Source: Raillietiella orientalis (taxonomy: Eukaryota). Taken from it: DNA of 64,000 bases. The stretch lies in assembly GCA_036172245.1 (NCBI GenBank), contig JAYWIR010000013.1:3782001-3846000 (forward strand), given 5' to 3'. Numbering within the stretch: position 1 is the first letter of the stretch; every line of letters starts with the position of its first letter. Under the pieces are notes generated by a model. That model saw only the letters and a program-made list of their open reading frames with translations, was not told the origin of the DNA and searched no databases. Of the stretch, positions 1 to 13,300 are shown in pieces. Both the position numbers and the translations under genes were made by a program.

Positions 1-674
1 CGGGAAAAGAGAAGAAGCTACGCGTGACGTCCGAAGCTGCGCCATTTAGCCCACGTCGATTCCCTTGACTTGTGCTAGAGGGCACCGAGAGGGAAGGATT
101 CATTGCTATCTGCGTTGTTTGCAGAGTCTCCGTGGATCGGGGAGCAAGAATGGTAGCCTGGGCTGCCTCCTGTTTGCTTCGAGTGCTGCGTCTTTCCCAT
201 GCTGGACAAGATGGGGCAGATGTCCGCGTTCTCAGGAAGATCTTGCCAGAGATTTCTTGCCGATTGAATTGAACTCACAAGATGCTCACAGTTTTTTCAA
301 GAAACGGCCCAAGGGAGGATAGAAGCAGCGGGCCGTCTCGTTCGCGGGAGGGATCCCAGGGAGGAACGCAGCTCAGGGAACCAGATTCCCAAGTATCTTC
401 AATTCGAAAGAAGATAGCTTTGAGCAACCAAGGATCTCCGTTGGGTTTTCCCCGAGGAAATGGCATGCCAAAATCTGCTCAGAGCTTCCATCCAGACGGC
501 TGGCGCCTCCTGAGAAGGAAGACTGAAAAGGAGCGACTCCTGTAAGCATTTCTCTTGGACTTGTCCTCTTCCCCATAACTCTCATGTGCTCTTCGAGAGT
601 CCTTGTACTGGCATCGGCACCTCTGGGCGTGCGCTTTTGGCGCTTGAGCGCTACCATCTCCAAGGCTGGTTGAC

Positions 675-1460
675 ACCCAGTCACAACAGGGCGTTTATTT
701 ATAAGATAAACATACACGTCTGTGGCAGGACGTTTGATCCTGCCACGTTACTTATAACTACGAGAAGCAATCTGACGGGAACTGGCACGTGGGCCAGCGC
801 GGTTCGCCTCGGCAGCACAGGGGACGAGGAAGCAAACAAAAAGAAAAAAAATAAAACAAAAAACATGAAGTCGAAAAAATGGCGGGGGGGAGGGGTCGGG
901 AAGGGATCACTGTGTGCTGGAGGGTGTCCTCTGCATCCTTTTAAGGATGCCTACAAGTTCCCGTTTCAAGACTCTTGACGGGCCATCTTGACGCCATCCT
1001 CATGAAGAGCATAGATGGCGTCCCTGTTGTTCTGACCCCTTCTGGCGTTGTTCCATGCGGCCACGATCCCGCGTGGGTAGCAAACCACTCACATACCCCG
1101 TGTCCAATGATGCCGTGGGCGATGCGCAGGAGACCCCAGTGTCTCCAAGGTCGGGCGAATCGTTGCGCATCCCATAGCAAGTCCCGGTTCCTGATCAAAG
1201 GAGCCATGACCTCGCGTGCCTGGCACTGCCAGTTTTTGCCATACTCATGAAGCCTCGCGCACTGGAAAAGAACAGTCCTTCTCGGGTTCTGAGAGAGATT
1301 TCTCAGCTTCCCGGCGTTGCCGCAGAATTTTCAGGGCAGATTTTTTCTCCTCAGTGTCCTTCAGCTCGTGATTCGAATTCTGCAGCGACACTCTGATGGA
1401 GACTTCCTGGAATGGCGCACCGAACAGAGCTAAACTTCAAATGCTTCCAGGGTAGCTCGT
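675..1460 (-). mobile_element. L1/Tx1-like LINE 3' fragment, family A (ORF2 C-terminus plus 3' UTR), degenerate
   Basis: Minus-strand pieces read 'GSLHQSV' (LHxxL-like), 'VLFQC', 'RMASRWP' and 'ELVGILKRMQRTPSSTQ*' (stop ~907-909). These are followed by a T-rich tract, a TGCTGCCGAGG motif, a hairpin at 722-746 and AATAAA at 694-699. It aligns by eye to the copies at ~17.4, 30.8, 45.4 and 50.7 kb. Confidence 0.75.
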
Positions 1461-1499
1461 ATACGGAAGTCAGCGAACGGTGAAGAGAGTTGTTGGAGA

Positions 1500-2600
1500 G
1501 GGAGGATGTTCCCGTTTTCTGTCCTGACTGGCGATTCGTTTCCGAGGGAGCGTTTTTTTCCTCCCCATGTGTGGACAAGGGTCTGCCTCCTGGAGACCAA
1601 TTCGCGCGACAAGGAATTGTCTTTTGAAACGAAAACAACAACAACAAAAAAAAGCATCTAAATTTCAAGGTCCCGGTTGAAACTGGACTAGGAAGCAGGG
1701 ATCACGGCGTTCATCCAGACTGCGAGATAGCATCCGCTGCAGCATCCAGGAGGATCGTTCGAAAAACACGAATGATCCCGCAGGTTTCTTGAGACTTCAG
1801 GGAGCAGTTCGACGAGCAGAACGTTTGGCTGAGACGCGAGCTTGAGATGCGCGAGTCCGCAAGTGGTGCTTTTGAAAGACGTGGTGAGCATTCCGCCTGA
1901 GAGAACTGCGAGCCAATACAAAGAGTCACAGAATGACCACGGGCTGCACAGAGTGGGCGAAACGAGCAGGGCGCACGAGCTTCGGGAATCTGTGAAGCGC
2001 TGCTCGTTTTGGTTACTTGGATGGGACCTTCGGAAGGGAGGCAGGAACGGAAGGCATCGGGGTCAAAGACCACTCTGAGAATAGGAATCGGAGAAGCCCA
2101 TCGCAATTCGAGGAACTCGTTTTTATCCGAACCGGTGCCAGAGGGAATAAAAAGTTACGTGAGGAACATCCAGAAAAATGTTCCAAGATGGATAACTGAG
2201 CAACAGGCAAGGATCCCTACCAGGAGAGGCGGACCATCCATTCACTGTGTTCGCACCCCTATCCGATCGTGCTTTTCCCAGGTTCCCTCAAAAACGGAAG
2301 TGGTGCTGACGAAAGTTGCTGCTGGCTCTCGCCGCCAGAAGCTCATGCAACTGCCATCCTGGGAGGGAAACCCCGGAGCGACGTTCGACGCCAAAGCGCT
2401 GTTTGCAGAAAGTGGCAGACATCTCCATTCACGCATCGGATCATCGTCTCCGCTCCCTCGAACATGGGGCTGCTCCCAAGGAAGAACCTGCATAGATCGA
2501 AGCTCTCAGCTGCTTCCGGCTTTACTCCGTGCCCACGAGAGAGGACAAAGGCAGCCTGCGAGCTTCTTCCTAGCAGTCACCTTACAATAAATCTCGCAGA
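1500..2600 (-). mobile_element. LINE 3' fragment related to family A, degenerate
   Basis: Minus strand ends with '...ATCCTCCTGGATGCTGCAGCGGATG...GTGATCCC' followed by a T-rich tract, like the family A ORF2 end. Upstream frames are broken. Confidence 0.5.
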
Positions 2601-2924
2601 AGACGAGAACGAGGCACACGTCCCGGTTCGATGGCGCAGCAGCCCCGTTTCGTTCCCGGGAAGAGAACACAAGCGATTGCGCGGTGATGGCGCGATCGGG
2701 GGCGGATGCGGTGACGAGTGTGATGGTTTTTCCTTGCCATCGAGAGGACGCACGGGAGCATTTTTCAGCGAAGAAGATGGCAGCCCCGGAGGCGGCGATT
2801 GCAAAATGTTTCCAGGAAAAGGGGGATGCCACGGAGGAAAGTGAAATGCATACGCGCCCCAAGGAAAATTCTTGCAATTCAAAGAATAATGGGAGTTTTT
2901 TTTTTTTTGGATGCCATTCTTCAT

Positions 2925-4110
2925 CTCAGATGAAAGTCACTTTCTTTGGCATTTTGTCAGCAGTACCGTTTTGCTGGGAGCGCAATGTCGAACCACAACT
3001 CGAAAACGTGTGGGTGTTTCGTTCAGCGGAAGAATTTCCCCTCGACGGATCCTCCCCCTTGCCCGCGGACCAAGACGCATGGCCGAAAAGAACGCTCGCG
3101 CTCGAGCGCTTGCTTCCTCGTGCCCTCCGTGTCGAAGCAGCGGCTCACTGTCCAGAGGTGGAACGCCGTGGAAGGGCAAAACGAGCCACGAGGTGCCCGG
3201 GTTCCTCCGACCTCCTCGTTCGCTTCTGCTCCCAGAAATCTCCTCGGCCGGCCGAGATCCCTCCGTTGGTCGAGGAGCATTTCGGCGTTCGACTCAGGCG
3301 GCGACCGAGGTGGCTTCCTGGTAGTCGGGTGAAGCTTCCGGGAGAGAGCGGCCGCTCTCCGGTCCCGCTCTCTCCACTGAAGAGTTCGCGCCACCGTCCG
3401 AAATCCACTCGACGGAATTCAGGAGGTGGGATCCGCTTCCTCGAGCAAGTGCCTCGTTACCAAGGCAGCCTCTTGTTTCTGTTCGTCCGAGTGCGAAGAG
3501 GGAGAGTGAAGGCTGGACCGAAGGCACGATAAATGCTCCAGATTGAGCAGCAGCCGGATCGGGGCACGATCAGAGACAAAGCCAAGACGAGCACCGCATC
3601 TTCGGTGCAAAAGCTTGTGCTTTGGAGATCGCCTCTGCGCGGAGGAAGTCGAACCGACCGTCGAATCTCCATGGTGGCATCTCCCGTTTGACCATCAAAG
3701 ACTGCAGCGTGGGGGACTCGAACAAGACGTTCACAGGATGCGTTCTATGACTCTTGTTGTCTTGAGGAAAGAGAACTGCAGCAGCTCTTCACCTCCCAAC
3801 GCCGAACAAGAGCAAGGATTCTTCCGTGAGGCAAGCGACAGACACTCCGGTAGAATGTAGCCGTCCTGGAAAGGGATGGTGCCGTTTTGAAGTGCAGCCA
3901 CTCGGACCAAAGGTACTCTACCTCGCGTTTTTCACCACGGCAGTGCGGACTAGCAGAAAAATTATGATCATTGAGAAGCAGGAAGCGGAAAAAGACGACG
4001 AGAGACTGGGAGAGAAGGGGAGCAGCCATCAGCGAGTGAGCAAACGTCTCAGCAAGGACGTACCTGCACCTGCTCCGCAGGGCGAGGATCTGCATCCGAC
4101 AATAAAAGGA
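2925..4110 (+). mobile_element. LINE ORF2 post-RT/C-terminal fragment, degenerate
   Basis: Ordered relics: 'VTFFGIL' (YLGI-like), 'FPLDGSSPL' (LSxxGRxxL-like), 'WHLPFDHQRLQRGG' (HxxLP-like), a degenerate Cys motif ~3735-3790 and AATAAA at 4101. Confidence 0.5.
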
Positions 4111-5899
4111 TAATAATTATGGAGACCGGTAGAGGACAGGACACATTGGTACCGTCATGTGGTCACTGGTAACAGTGGTACCAAGTCATTGTACATTGTC
4201 ATAAATATTCTCTGGCAAATTAACGAGCTCTGATACATGAATTGTGCAAAATGCTGCTGTCCTGAGACCATCCAGCGAAGAAGCCTGGAAGTGTATTCCT
4301 ACCGCAACCCTTCCGTACTTGTTCCGTTCTTCCTTTCTTCATGCAGCTGTGATCATGCAGCTCTTTGGAACCGACATGGAACACCCAGGAGGGCGTCTGC
4401 GCAAGGGGTGGAAGAGAGAGAGAAGGAAAGAAATCCTCGTCGTGTCCGCGAGGCTGTCCAGGCAACCGGTGGGAGGATAGTGGCAGCTCGGCTCCATCGG
4501 ATGGAAATTTCCCCATCCACTCGGATTCGCGGAGGAACTCGACGATCTGCTGAGGGTAGAGTGACTTGGAGCTGGGCTTCATGTGCTCTTCAATGAGTCT
4601 AAGATCGAGGATCACTGTTGATTCGGTCATGTGTCATCCCTCCACTGCACACCTTGGATATGGAGCGGCAAATCTTAATGATAGCATCATTCTTCAGCGG
4701 AAGATTCCAGATGCCTCGTGCCATTTGAATCTCCGCTGAGAATTGCCAAAGCCACGGGGGAAATTCGGAAATGGAAAATTTTCCGGCTACGAAATTTTCC
4801 GGCCTTCTCGAGATCGTAAATCACGCGTCGTTATCTCCATGTGCTCCGGGGATGTAATTACATCATCCTCTCTGACCCTCACCGGTTCTTCCTTGAACAA
4901 CTGGCCGCGGAGAGAGACGAAATGATCGAACGCTGTGCGCGATGCCGCTGCCGCCATCGCCAGCGGAGGTCCGTTTGCGATTTCCTCCTCCCGCGCGCCG
5001 TTGAGGATTTCCGACACTCCTGCTGAAGAGGTGTTCCCCGGGGACGAATCACCTCACCGGCTGGCTGCAGTTTCTGCACTTTGCTCTTCGGAACGCCTCG
5101 CGTTCAGGTGTTGCCGGAGGGGCGGACCCCCGAGAGAACCCCGGAAATCTCTCGAACTTCGAAACGGAGAGGAGTCTGGGAGGAGCACCGTCTCGAGTGG
5201 AACGCAGACCTCGGAGTTCCGAATCAGGAAGTGACGGGAGTAAAGGGGATGGCAGTCAGGTTCATGTCCAGTCTTACAGATCGGCAAGCTGGATGACCTG
5301 CCAAAGAACCGTGTCTGCTCGAAAAAATGAAGCCCGTGGATGCGTTTGTTAGACGCACACGCGATTGACGGGGACAAAGGCAGGAGACGTCGTCGAGAAG
5401 TATCGAAGCACCAGGACGCGGGAAGCAACGCTGGGATTCAAATAGATCCGTGCCTCTGGCCGGGCACAAGGAAGAACAGGACTCCGTCCCAGATGATAGT
5501 GCACGGCGGCCTCCAGTAGGGAAAGTACTATGATTTGGCAACTGCACACACGGATTCTGAGGATCGAATCTTGTGTTCCTCACAGGTTGAGGAAGAAGGA
5601 AGGTTTGGACCTCTTCCTTATTCATCGGATTTCCGTTCTCGCGAATCTTGCGCGCCTCCCGTCGAAAACGCTTCAAGGGTGAGGAGCGCCGTTCCTTTCT
5701 GGAGATTCTGCTGCTTTCGGTGTCTTCACTCTGCACAACACGATTCCGGACCAGGAAACTCCACCTTCACGGTTATCATGGCCTCTTCCAGGACATGCTC
5801 CAGAGAATGGTTTCCTTGCACCTACCGCTGCCCTTCCCCCCTTCCTTCCCGTTTTCGAAAAGTCTCGAGTGGATGCTGCGCCCATCGAGTGTCTCCTCT

Positions 5900-8150
5900 T
5901 CCATTTTTACTAAGAAACAAATGGAGCACTGCTCAGCAAGAGACGAAGCAGACCTTAGTTTAGGCATCGGTTGGTCCTGAGTCTCCTCTTTGTCTCGATT
6001 CAGCAAATCTTCGCGACTCCTGATGATTACACCAGCAGTGGTTGCGCAGCTGCTGGCGTGTCTCGTCACACACGACGTACCTCCAGCATGCTCGACCCGC
6101 ACCTTTTCTTGCAATCGCTGTTCTCTTGGTTAGCAGCGACCTGGAGCGAACCGCATGTCTTCAGCGATTATGGAAGGATCCAATGTGATCTTCGTGCATG
6201 GGAACCGTCTCCATGCACGATGATGTCCGACATGATCTCTCCTTGATCCGTGTGCTTCTCTATAAGAAAGTGTGGTGCCGTCTCCATACTCTAGGGATGA
6301 ATCTCTCCACAAGTCGCGATCGCATGCGCGCCTTTGGTTCGTTGGTTTAGGGTTCTTCTTGTCAAAATTTCCAGTACTCTTGAGCGCGACCGGATGCCTG
6401 ACATCCTTGGACGAAACACTTCCCATGTCGGTACTTTGCTCTCTGAACTCTTCGGATGTGTCATCGAACATCAACTTCCCCAAGTCCGCGCCAGTAGTGG
6501 TGACTCATCTCTTTTTGCAGCCTCTGTGTGCCCAATACAGCTTGATACAGCGATTCTAACAGCTAAAAGCATCTGCTGACTGTGTAGTTGTCGACCTCAT
6601 TTTGGAAGTTAATGAGACCAAAGGGGCATCCATTCGTCTGGAGGCCATTGTGCCAGCGAGCATCTTCTCCTCTACTCATTTCCGAATTACGGAATCCCTC
6701 AGCTCTTCAGAGCTAGTGGTGCGGCCAAGTTCCCAAGATAGTGCGACTACCAGGAAGAGAAGGAAGAAGGGGACGTAGAGAATAGCTGCGGATGTGCACG
6801 AAGATGCCGAATTTCGCGTTCATCTCCAGAAGAAGCTGAAACAGACGAAGGGGCTCAACTAGGGACAGCTACTTGCTGGACCGTAAATCGCAGGTGGAAA
6901 AAAAAAAAAAAAGGAAGAAAGAAAGAATGAGGAAAAATTGCTCAATTGATCGTGCCACCCTTGGAGGATGACCACTCGGAACGAGCAGCCTGATGGTGCC
7001 GTGCTCTATTTCATCGTCAGCGCAGGCTGCAGCTTCCTTGCCCCATTTTCGAGAGCAAATAGAGATCTCCTAGCGACCGTGTCCGGCAATCCACCTGAGA
7101 TAACTGCGTGCTCCCTCCAGCATCGGAACCCTCAATCAGGACCGCGCAATCACCGGCGGGAGAGTTGCGCTCCATAAATATTGGCGTTTTAAGAAACAGC
7201 ATCTCAGAGCACCATCGACTTTCCAGCAAAAGCGCGTGTTTCCCCGGGATAGAGAATGATCATCCCATCTGCGATGTATTATTAATATTTCCCTTAATGA
7301 TAAAGCAGGAAATCATCTCCTCCTAGACAATCATCAGGCAGCCAGCGAGGGTAACGCCACACTGCTGCTCCAGTAATCTCGAATGTGGATTGGACGTTGG
7401 GGAAGAGAAGATGCCGAGTCGAGCAGCCCTGGCGTGATCTGGCGGTAGGAGGAGCAGAGAAGTGCTCTTCGCTGTCTCACCGTGGACCCTGCCTTTGGAA
7501 CGTTGGGGAAGAAGAGGTGAGGGTTCTGCTCCATACCACGCACCACCTTAGATCTTTGTATCACCCGAAGTTTGTGCCTTCAGAAAGAAGCTCTTCGTCG
7601 GAGCACTGCTGGCTCAAGATATGCGCTCACAAGATACCCACGAACAGCAAGGTCCCGAAGAGAAAACGCTGCAGTCCAAGTCCCGCGCTTTCTTCCACCA
7701 TATTCCCATTCGGGACTTCCAGATGAGATCAGTAAAGATGTACGTTGGATCGAGAGGAGTCAACAGAAGAAGGCTGCCGCATGGTCACAGTACAGGCAGA
7801 AGTTTTTGGAGAGAACCTGGGAGCGGCGACTGAGGACTTACTGCCAGAAGTCCTCTGCTTCTGCCTTAAGGGGACTCTGCCTTGCTACTTCGAGACGCAA
7901 GAATGCCGTAGCTCTCGAGGGAAGGCACGAGTTGCCAGCAAAAGGTTTGCCATCGGTCATTTGCGCAAGAAGAAAATGGACAGGTAGCTCCTGGAGGTCC
8001 TCCGCAACTATCAGTGGGCCGTGCGAATGCTGCTCTCAAGACAACATCTGTCTTGGTCATGTGCGCCACTGGGCGTGGAGGGAAGAATGATGCACCTCGC
8101 TCATTTATCCAGAAGGAAGGGAATTTTCCCGTAAGCCCTTTCAGCGGCAA
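5900..8150 (+). mobile_element. LINE 5' fragment (ORF1-like plus APE endonuclease relic)
   Basis: 'VFSDYGRI' (ORF1-like), then weak endonuclease-like motifs in order between 7370 and 7950 (LQxS, GxxGVxxL-like, GxxN-like). Many frameshifts. Confidence 0.35.
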
Positions 8151-8809
8151 CAGGTGGTTCGACTTTTTGCCTCAAGCAGACCCCACGAGGGTTTCTCTGT
8201 GCTTCCCTGGTGGATGCGCCGTCCGCAATGATTTCCGAAATCCATCAGAGGCGACGATCTCGGCCCCAGCTGCAAGCGCCGACAGTCTTGTGCGCTGCCT
8301 CCGCCTCAGGTGAGGATCCCCGCCAGCGAAAGACGTACGGCAAACTCGTCTCCTTTGCTCGCTCTCCGCTGGGTCCTCTGCGAGGTCCACGGTCAAATGC
8401 GCCGCCGATCCCAACGTTCCCAATGCATTGCGGTCCCGGGCAGCTGGAGAGGGGAAAAACGGAAGAAAAGAAAAAAACAAGGTAAGGGAACGGGACGGAG
8501 TGGGACGACGACGACACCCTGATGGTTTGTTTTCGAGTGTCGTGTCCGCGGAGAAATGCCGTGGATGTGACTCATCTGTACTCGTGGATGATTCCTCTTG
8601 CTTTCGTCGCCATGCAGATGGAATTCCTCCTCATCGTTTTCTCGAATGGAACAGCCGGGAAACCTACGTAGAGTCAACAGGTAGGCAGAAGCCTCTTGTC
8701 ACATCCAATTTATTTATTTATGTTACATTAAAGCAGTTTTCTAGAGTCCGTCCCACTCCCGCGCCTGATTCTCCGATGAAAGCGCTCAGTTCGTTCTAAG
8801 AGATGACTT

Positions 8810-8966
8810 CTTGGGTGCGCTCTGTACGGAAGACGAGCAATCGATCCGAGGCGGCAACAACTGCTCTGGGAGAACCGTGACCGGTCAGGAAGTAAGATGA
8901 AACCTCTGGAGGAGAGTTCCCGGTCTGAAGCACAGGGGATGGAAAAGAAGCAACAGGAGAGAGTTC
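8810..8966 (+). repeat. Inverted repeat arm 1 (~157 bp; partner 9875-10029)
   Basis: Reverse complement of 9875-10029 with only a few substitutions. The ORF track shows the same peptide on opposite strands: MKPLEESSRSEAQGMEKKQQERV and MKPLDESSRSEAHGMEKKQQERV. Confidence 0.95.
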
Positions 8967-8969
8967 TGG

Positions 8970-10320
8970 AGACTAGAGGGAGATGCCTTCGGATCCGTTC
9001 CTCCCCGCCTCCTCCACGATGCGATCCCTGCTCCGGTTCACTTTTTGAACTCCGGTCATTGGTGCTACGGTGCGGGCAGGTGGATTTTGGGCCGCCACCG
9101 CCTCTGCAAAGCTGCCCTGTCAAACGGTAGCCAAGGACTTGACAGACTGTTGCCAAGTCACGTGGGCGCGCAAACTGGGGGCTGAGGAGATTTTCAAAGC
9201 ATTTGGATGCTGCGGACCACCTCCTCTTTCCCGTGACCACCCTGGAGATCTCCTCGCGTGCGGAGTAACCATAATCACGGGGAGGCACGAAGAGCAGGTG
9301 ACCTTGGTCAAGAGTGGACCATCCGGAACATTGGGTTTCCCTTGGACCCCAGTCGACCTATCTCGAGAACAGACAAGGAAGTAGAGCGATCCCGGAACAG
9401 AAGGCGGGTGTTAAAGATGGATGGCTTGCCCTTAGGAGTTTCCTTCAACGGCGCTAGAAGAGGCGACACAGGAAAAGGAGACCCATTCGCGTGACCTGGG
9501 TCCACATACTGTTCGTTGAGAGCATCATTCCCTGGAAATGGCGTAGAACCGATGGGCTGCGGCGCGGGAAGATTCCTTCAAGCACGTCCTCAGCCGCCGC
9601 ACTGGCAAATCGGGATTCGCCGGGACTGCCCAAAGGCACAACAAAGTGGCATTCAGGAGCAAGAGAGGCGACCCAGGAACGTCGGGAGCCCGTGGGGCAA
9701 CTCCATTTTCTCTGAACACCACGCCCGGCGCTCCAAGGTGGCGAAGGAAGGGTGGCCACATGCACGACCCTCGTTCCTTCGACCAACCGCCTGGTGAGGC
9801 TGTTGGTGAGGTTTCCTGTTGGACGCCTCCCTCCCATTCCAAACGTCGGCTGCCTTCCGGACTCTTCCGAGATCGAACTCTCTCCTGTTGCTTCTTTTCC
9901 ATTCCGTGTGCTTCAGACCGGGAACTCTCATCCAGAGGTTTCATCTCACTTCCTGACCGGTCACGGTTCTCCCAGAGTGGTTGTTGCTGCCTCGGATCGA
10001 TTGCTCGTCTTCCGTGCAGCGCACCGAAGGGGCACCCTTTTTGAATTTCGCGTTTCCATGGACACTTGGGGAGGAAGAGGGTGGTGGTGGAGCAAGACCA
10101 TTCCCTCCAACAAGTCTCTGACCCTCTGGCTCTTCTGAATCCTTGCATGGTACCAAGCGTGGCGGAAGGACCCCCCCCCACACACACACAGGTGTCTGGA
10201 ACGTGGTCTTGACGTCACTTCCGCGATTCGCCAACACTTGAAGCACACTGTGAAAGCCCTTATGATTGTAGCCGACCAACCAACGCCACGCTGTGTCCCG
10301 AGCCACAGCGTTCAGTTCGA
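8970..10320 (-). mobile_element. LINE 5' fragment: ORF1 zinc knuckle plus endonuclease relic
   Basis: 'CFKCWR' (CX2C knuckle start, ~10230-10248), then 'GVQQETS' (LQET-like) and 'GVVFRENGVA' (GVA-like) in the expected order on the minus strand. Confidence 0.55.
9875..10029 (-). repeat. Inverted repeat arm 2 (partner 8810-8966)
   Basis: Direct sequence comparison with 8810-8966. Confidence 0.95.
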
Positions 10321-13300
10321 TGCCTCTGGCAAAAAAAGAAAAAAAGTGTTGCGGAGGAGCGCTGCAAATGGCGATGCGGACAGCCTGTGACCCTTTCGTG
10401 GAGTCATCGTTCTCAATGCCAAAAAAAAAAAAAGCGCTGCTCTGCGACCAGCCGCGATCCTAGGAAACAAATCCCAGCAGCCTCGAGATGCTTTGTTTTT
10501 CCTCGACGAGACGCCCGTCTTTTATCTTTGGGAAGGGCAACTCATCTTCATGAGCAGCCCGCGCTTTCCTCTCGTTGCGCCTTGCAGATTGTTTTATCGA
10601 ATCTTTCTTCGGCTTCCGCGGATGAACTTTTTTTTTTTTTTGTCCTGACAACTCTTCGTTTGCTGGCAGCTTCCGCGAAACGGATGCTCCCTTTCGGTCC
10701 ATCATCTATCGCACTTCCGTTGACGACCATCTCTGTTCATCTCTTGAGATCCCCGAGATGCCCCGATGCTGCTGCTCTCGACTTGTGAGGTCGCCTCTAG
10801 CAGCCAGTAGCGATGAGGCGGAACCCCCGAAATGCCCAGCTGAGTGTCCCCCCCCGACTTGGTGAACTCTCTGAAGAACCGTCCACTCTTCGGGGATGCT
10901 AAGGTAACGTCGTTCGGTACGGAGTCCTCCTGAAGGTGCTGCTTGCATCTCCGCAGGTGGAACTCCATCCTTTCGTCTGGTGTGAGAGATGCGCAAACCA
11001 ACGGCGGCCATTCCCTGGATTCTTTTCCTTTTGGACCGCGTCCATTCGCTGATTCGGGAGGAGGATGGTTTTCGGTCGCTGGACCAGAACTCATCGGTCA
11101 CCCGCTTCGTCTAATGGCCAGGTGCATGCCGAGACGTTTCAGCAGAGAGAAGTTCCTCCTTTATGCTGGACCCTGGAGCTCCAGACTCCCTCCCAAGAAG
11201 CTCCTCCCTGCCTCCTTCACATTGGACCCGATGAAAGCAGCAGAAGAGAATTGGAAATGCTCCTACTGCCTCTGCCGTCCTCTCAAGCTCCGGATGGAGC
11301 CGTCGTAGGGGTCAGCTGAGCGCGCTTCCGGAACATTCCAGAACTCTTCGTTTCCAGAACGTTCCCTTCCTCGGGTTCCATAGCGGCGCCACGCCAGTTC
11401 CGGGTCGCCAGGAGGCGATTTCCGAGGCTCCGCTTTTGGGAGCAGACAGGAGGAACGGGAGCGAATGCCCTCCCCTTGCAGCAGCTGCGTTCTCGCCTTC
11501 CGCGCGTCCGTCGGGACTCACCCCTCGAGCGACCTCCTGCGGGTGAAACGTTTCGGGGGAGAAGGGCGTTCCCGCCGCGGGGCAGGACCGGCTGTCCTCG
11601 GGGCAGGAGGCGGTAGAGGGTTGCCACGGGGGGCGTCTCGGGGGGCGATCTCGGGGAGGAGAGAAGCCGGTTGCCCGGCGAGGCGAGCGAGCAGCCAGGA
11701 GATCGTCCTCAGGGTCGCACCCTTCCTCCAGGCTGCCCTCCCTTTCTCCTCAAGACGGAGGGCCTCTTCCTGCGCGGAGGGGCGGAGCCGCCGCCTCCGA
11801 TTGCCTCCTGGTCGCGCGGGGACAATTACAGGGTGCGAAAGGCTGCTGAACTGGGGAGTTCGGGGATGTTTACGGGACGAGTGGGAGGAATCCAGGGGCA
11901 GTCCCTCGGGCGCTGCGAAGGAGGTTCCGAGGAGGACCGACGCGAGTGGGGGTGGGGGGTAGGGGGAAGGGAAGGGGAAGCGAAGAGGGGAGGGGGAAAA
12001 ACGCGCGCGCGCGCTCACCGGAGAGGCTCCTCGACAGGAAGTTGCCGAGGGCGCTGTTTGCCGAGCGCCTCCGCGGCGGCTCTGTGCAAGCAGCGGCGCT
12101 TCTCTTTGCTTCCTTTTTTTTTTTTTTTTTTTTTCTTTCGTCCCATCCTCTCTGCAGGAGCTGCGGGAACGCTCACTTCCGGTCGAGCTTCACGGGTCGC
12201 GCGCTCTTCCCGCTCCCTCTCCTTCTCCTCCTCCTCCCGCCGCCGGTCTCCCTGCTGCCGCCGGAGCTCAGTGGAGAGCTGCGGGGTTACGTGCTGTCCT
12301 CTCGCCCCCCCCCCCCCTTTCCTCCGCCTGCGCATGACGGATGCTCCTCGGAGCTCTGCGCGAGACCTCCTCCTCTTTCGCCTCCTTGGTGCTCCTGCTG
12401 TTGACAGAGCCCGGTGGTGGCAGGGGTAGAGAGGCGCGAAGAGCAAACACTGCATGGTCACGTGGGCGCCGCCGCCGCCTCCGCGAGTGCCCGAGGGGGG
12501 GAGGGAGGGTTTAGCACGGTGGGAAGGAAAAAAGGAAAGGGAAATCCCATCCTTTAGGGGACTCCGAGACATCTCGAGTGGCTTTGGGCCGCCTCCGACG
12601 GGATCTTCCTCCGCGTCGCTTCTCCCCCATCCCATCTCGCGCTCCCAGGGCGCAAAGAGCGCGCTCGGAAAGCGGGAACACCCGCGGGAAACCACCCTTC
12701 GGGGCGATGGATCCCTGCGCGGCGGGAAATCTCCTCTTTCCGCCCTCGTTGCTCTCCGTTCCTCCTCCTCCTCTTCCTCCTCACCTCCTTCCCGGAACCT
12801 GCGAACGCACGGAGAGTGCCATCAAAGGGGGTTCCTGGTCCCCTCCTCCCTTCATCGCGCGCTCGCAGTTTCCCGCGGCGGCTTCTCGGCCTCGCACCTG
12901 ATCAGAGGGACGGGGTGCCTTCCCGTATCCCGGAACCCGCTCCCCGGCAAGGAGATCGCCGCCGCCACCACGCATTTGTCCCTCTTCCTCTCGCGGGGGT
13001 CCGCAGCCTCACGGAGATGACAGCGCCGTCGATGTGCGAGCGCAGCCCGGGAACAGCCCTTCTCCTTCCCCGAAGATGCGCTGGGTCGGCGCTGCCTGCT
13101 GGCGGGCAGGGAGCGCTCCACCCACGCTTGTCCTTCCGGGAAGGACTGCCACCACCTCCACGTCCTTTCAGTCCACGGTGGTCGGCGGGAGGGGAACAGG
13201 AAGCTGGGGGGGATCCGGGAAAGCGGTAGACGAAGCTTCGGAGAGCCCCGGGAGACGCTCTAAGGGCGGCACGGGTGACCCCTGCGCAGGTGCGCGGGGG

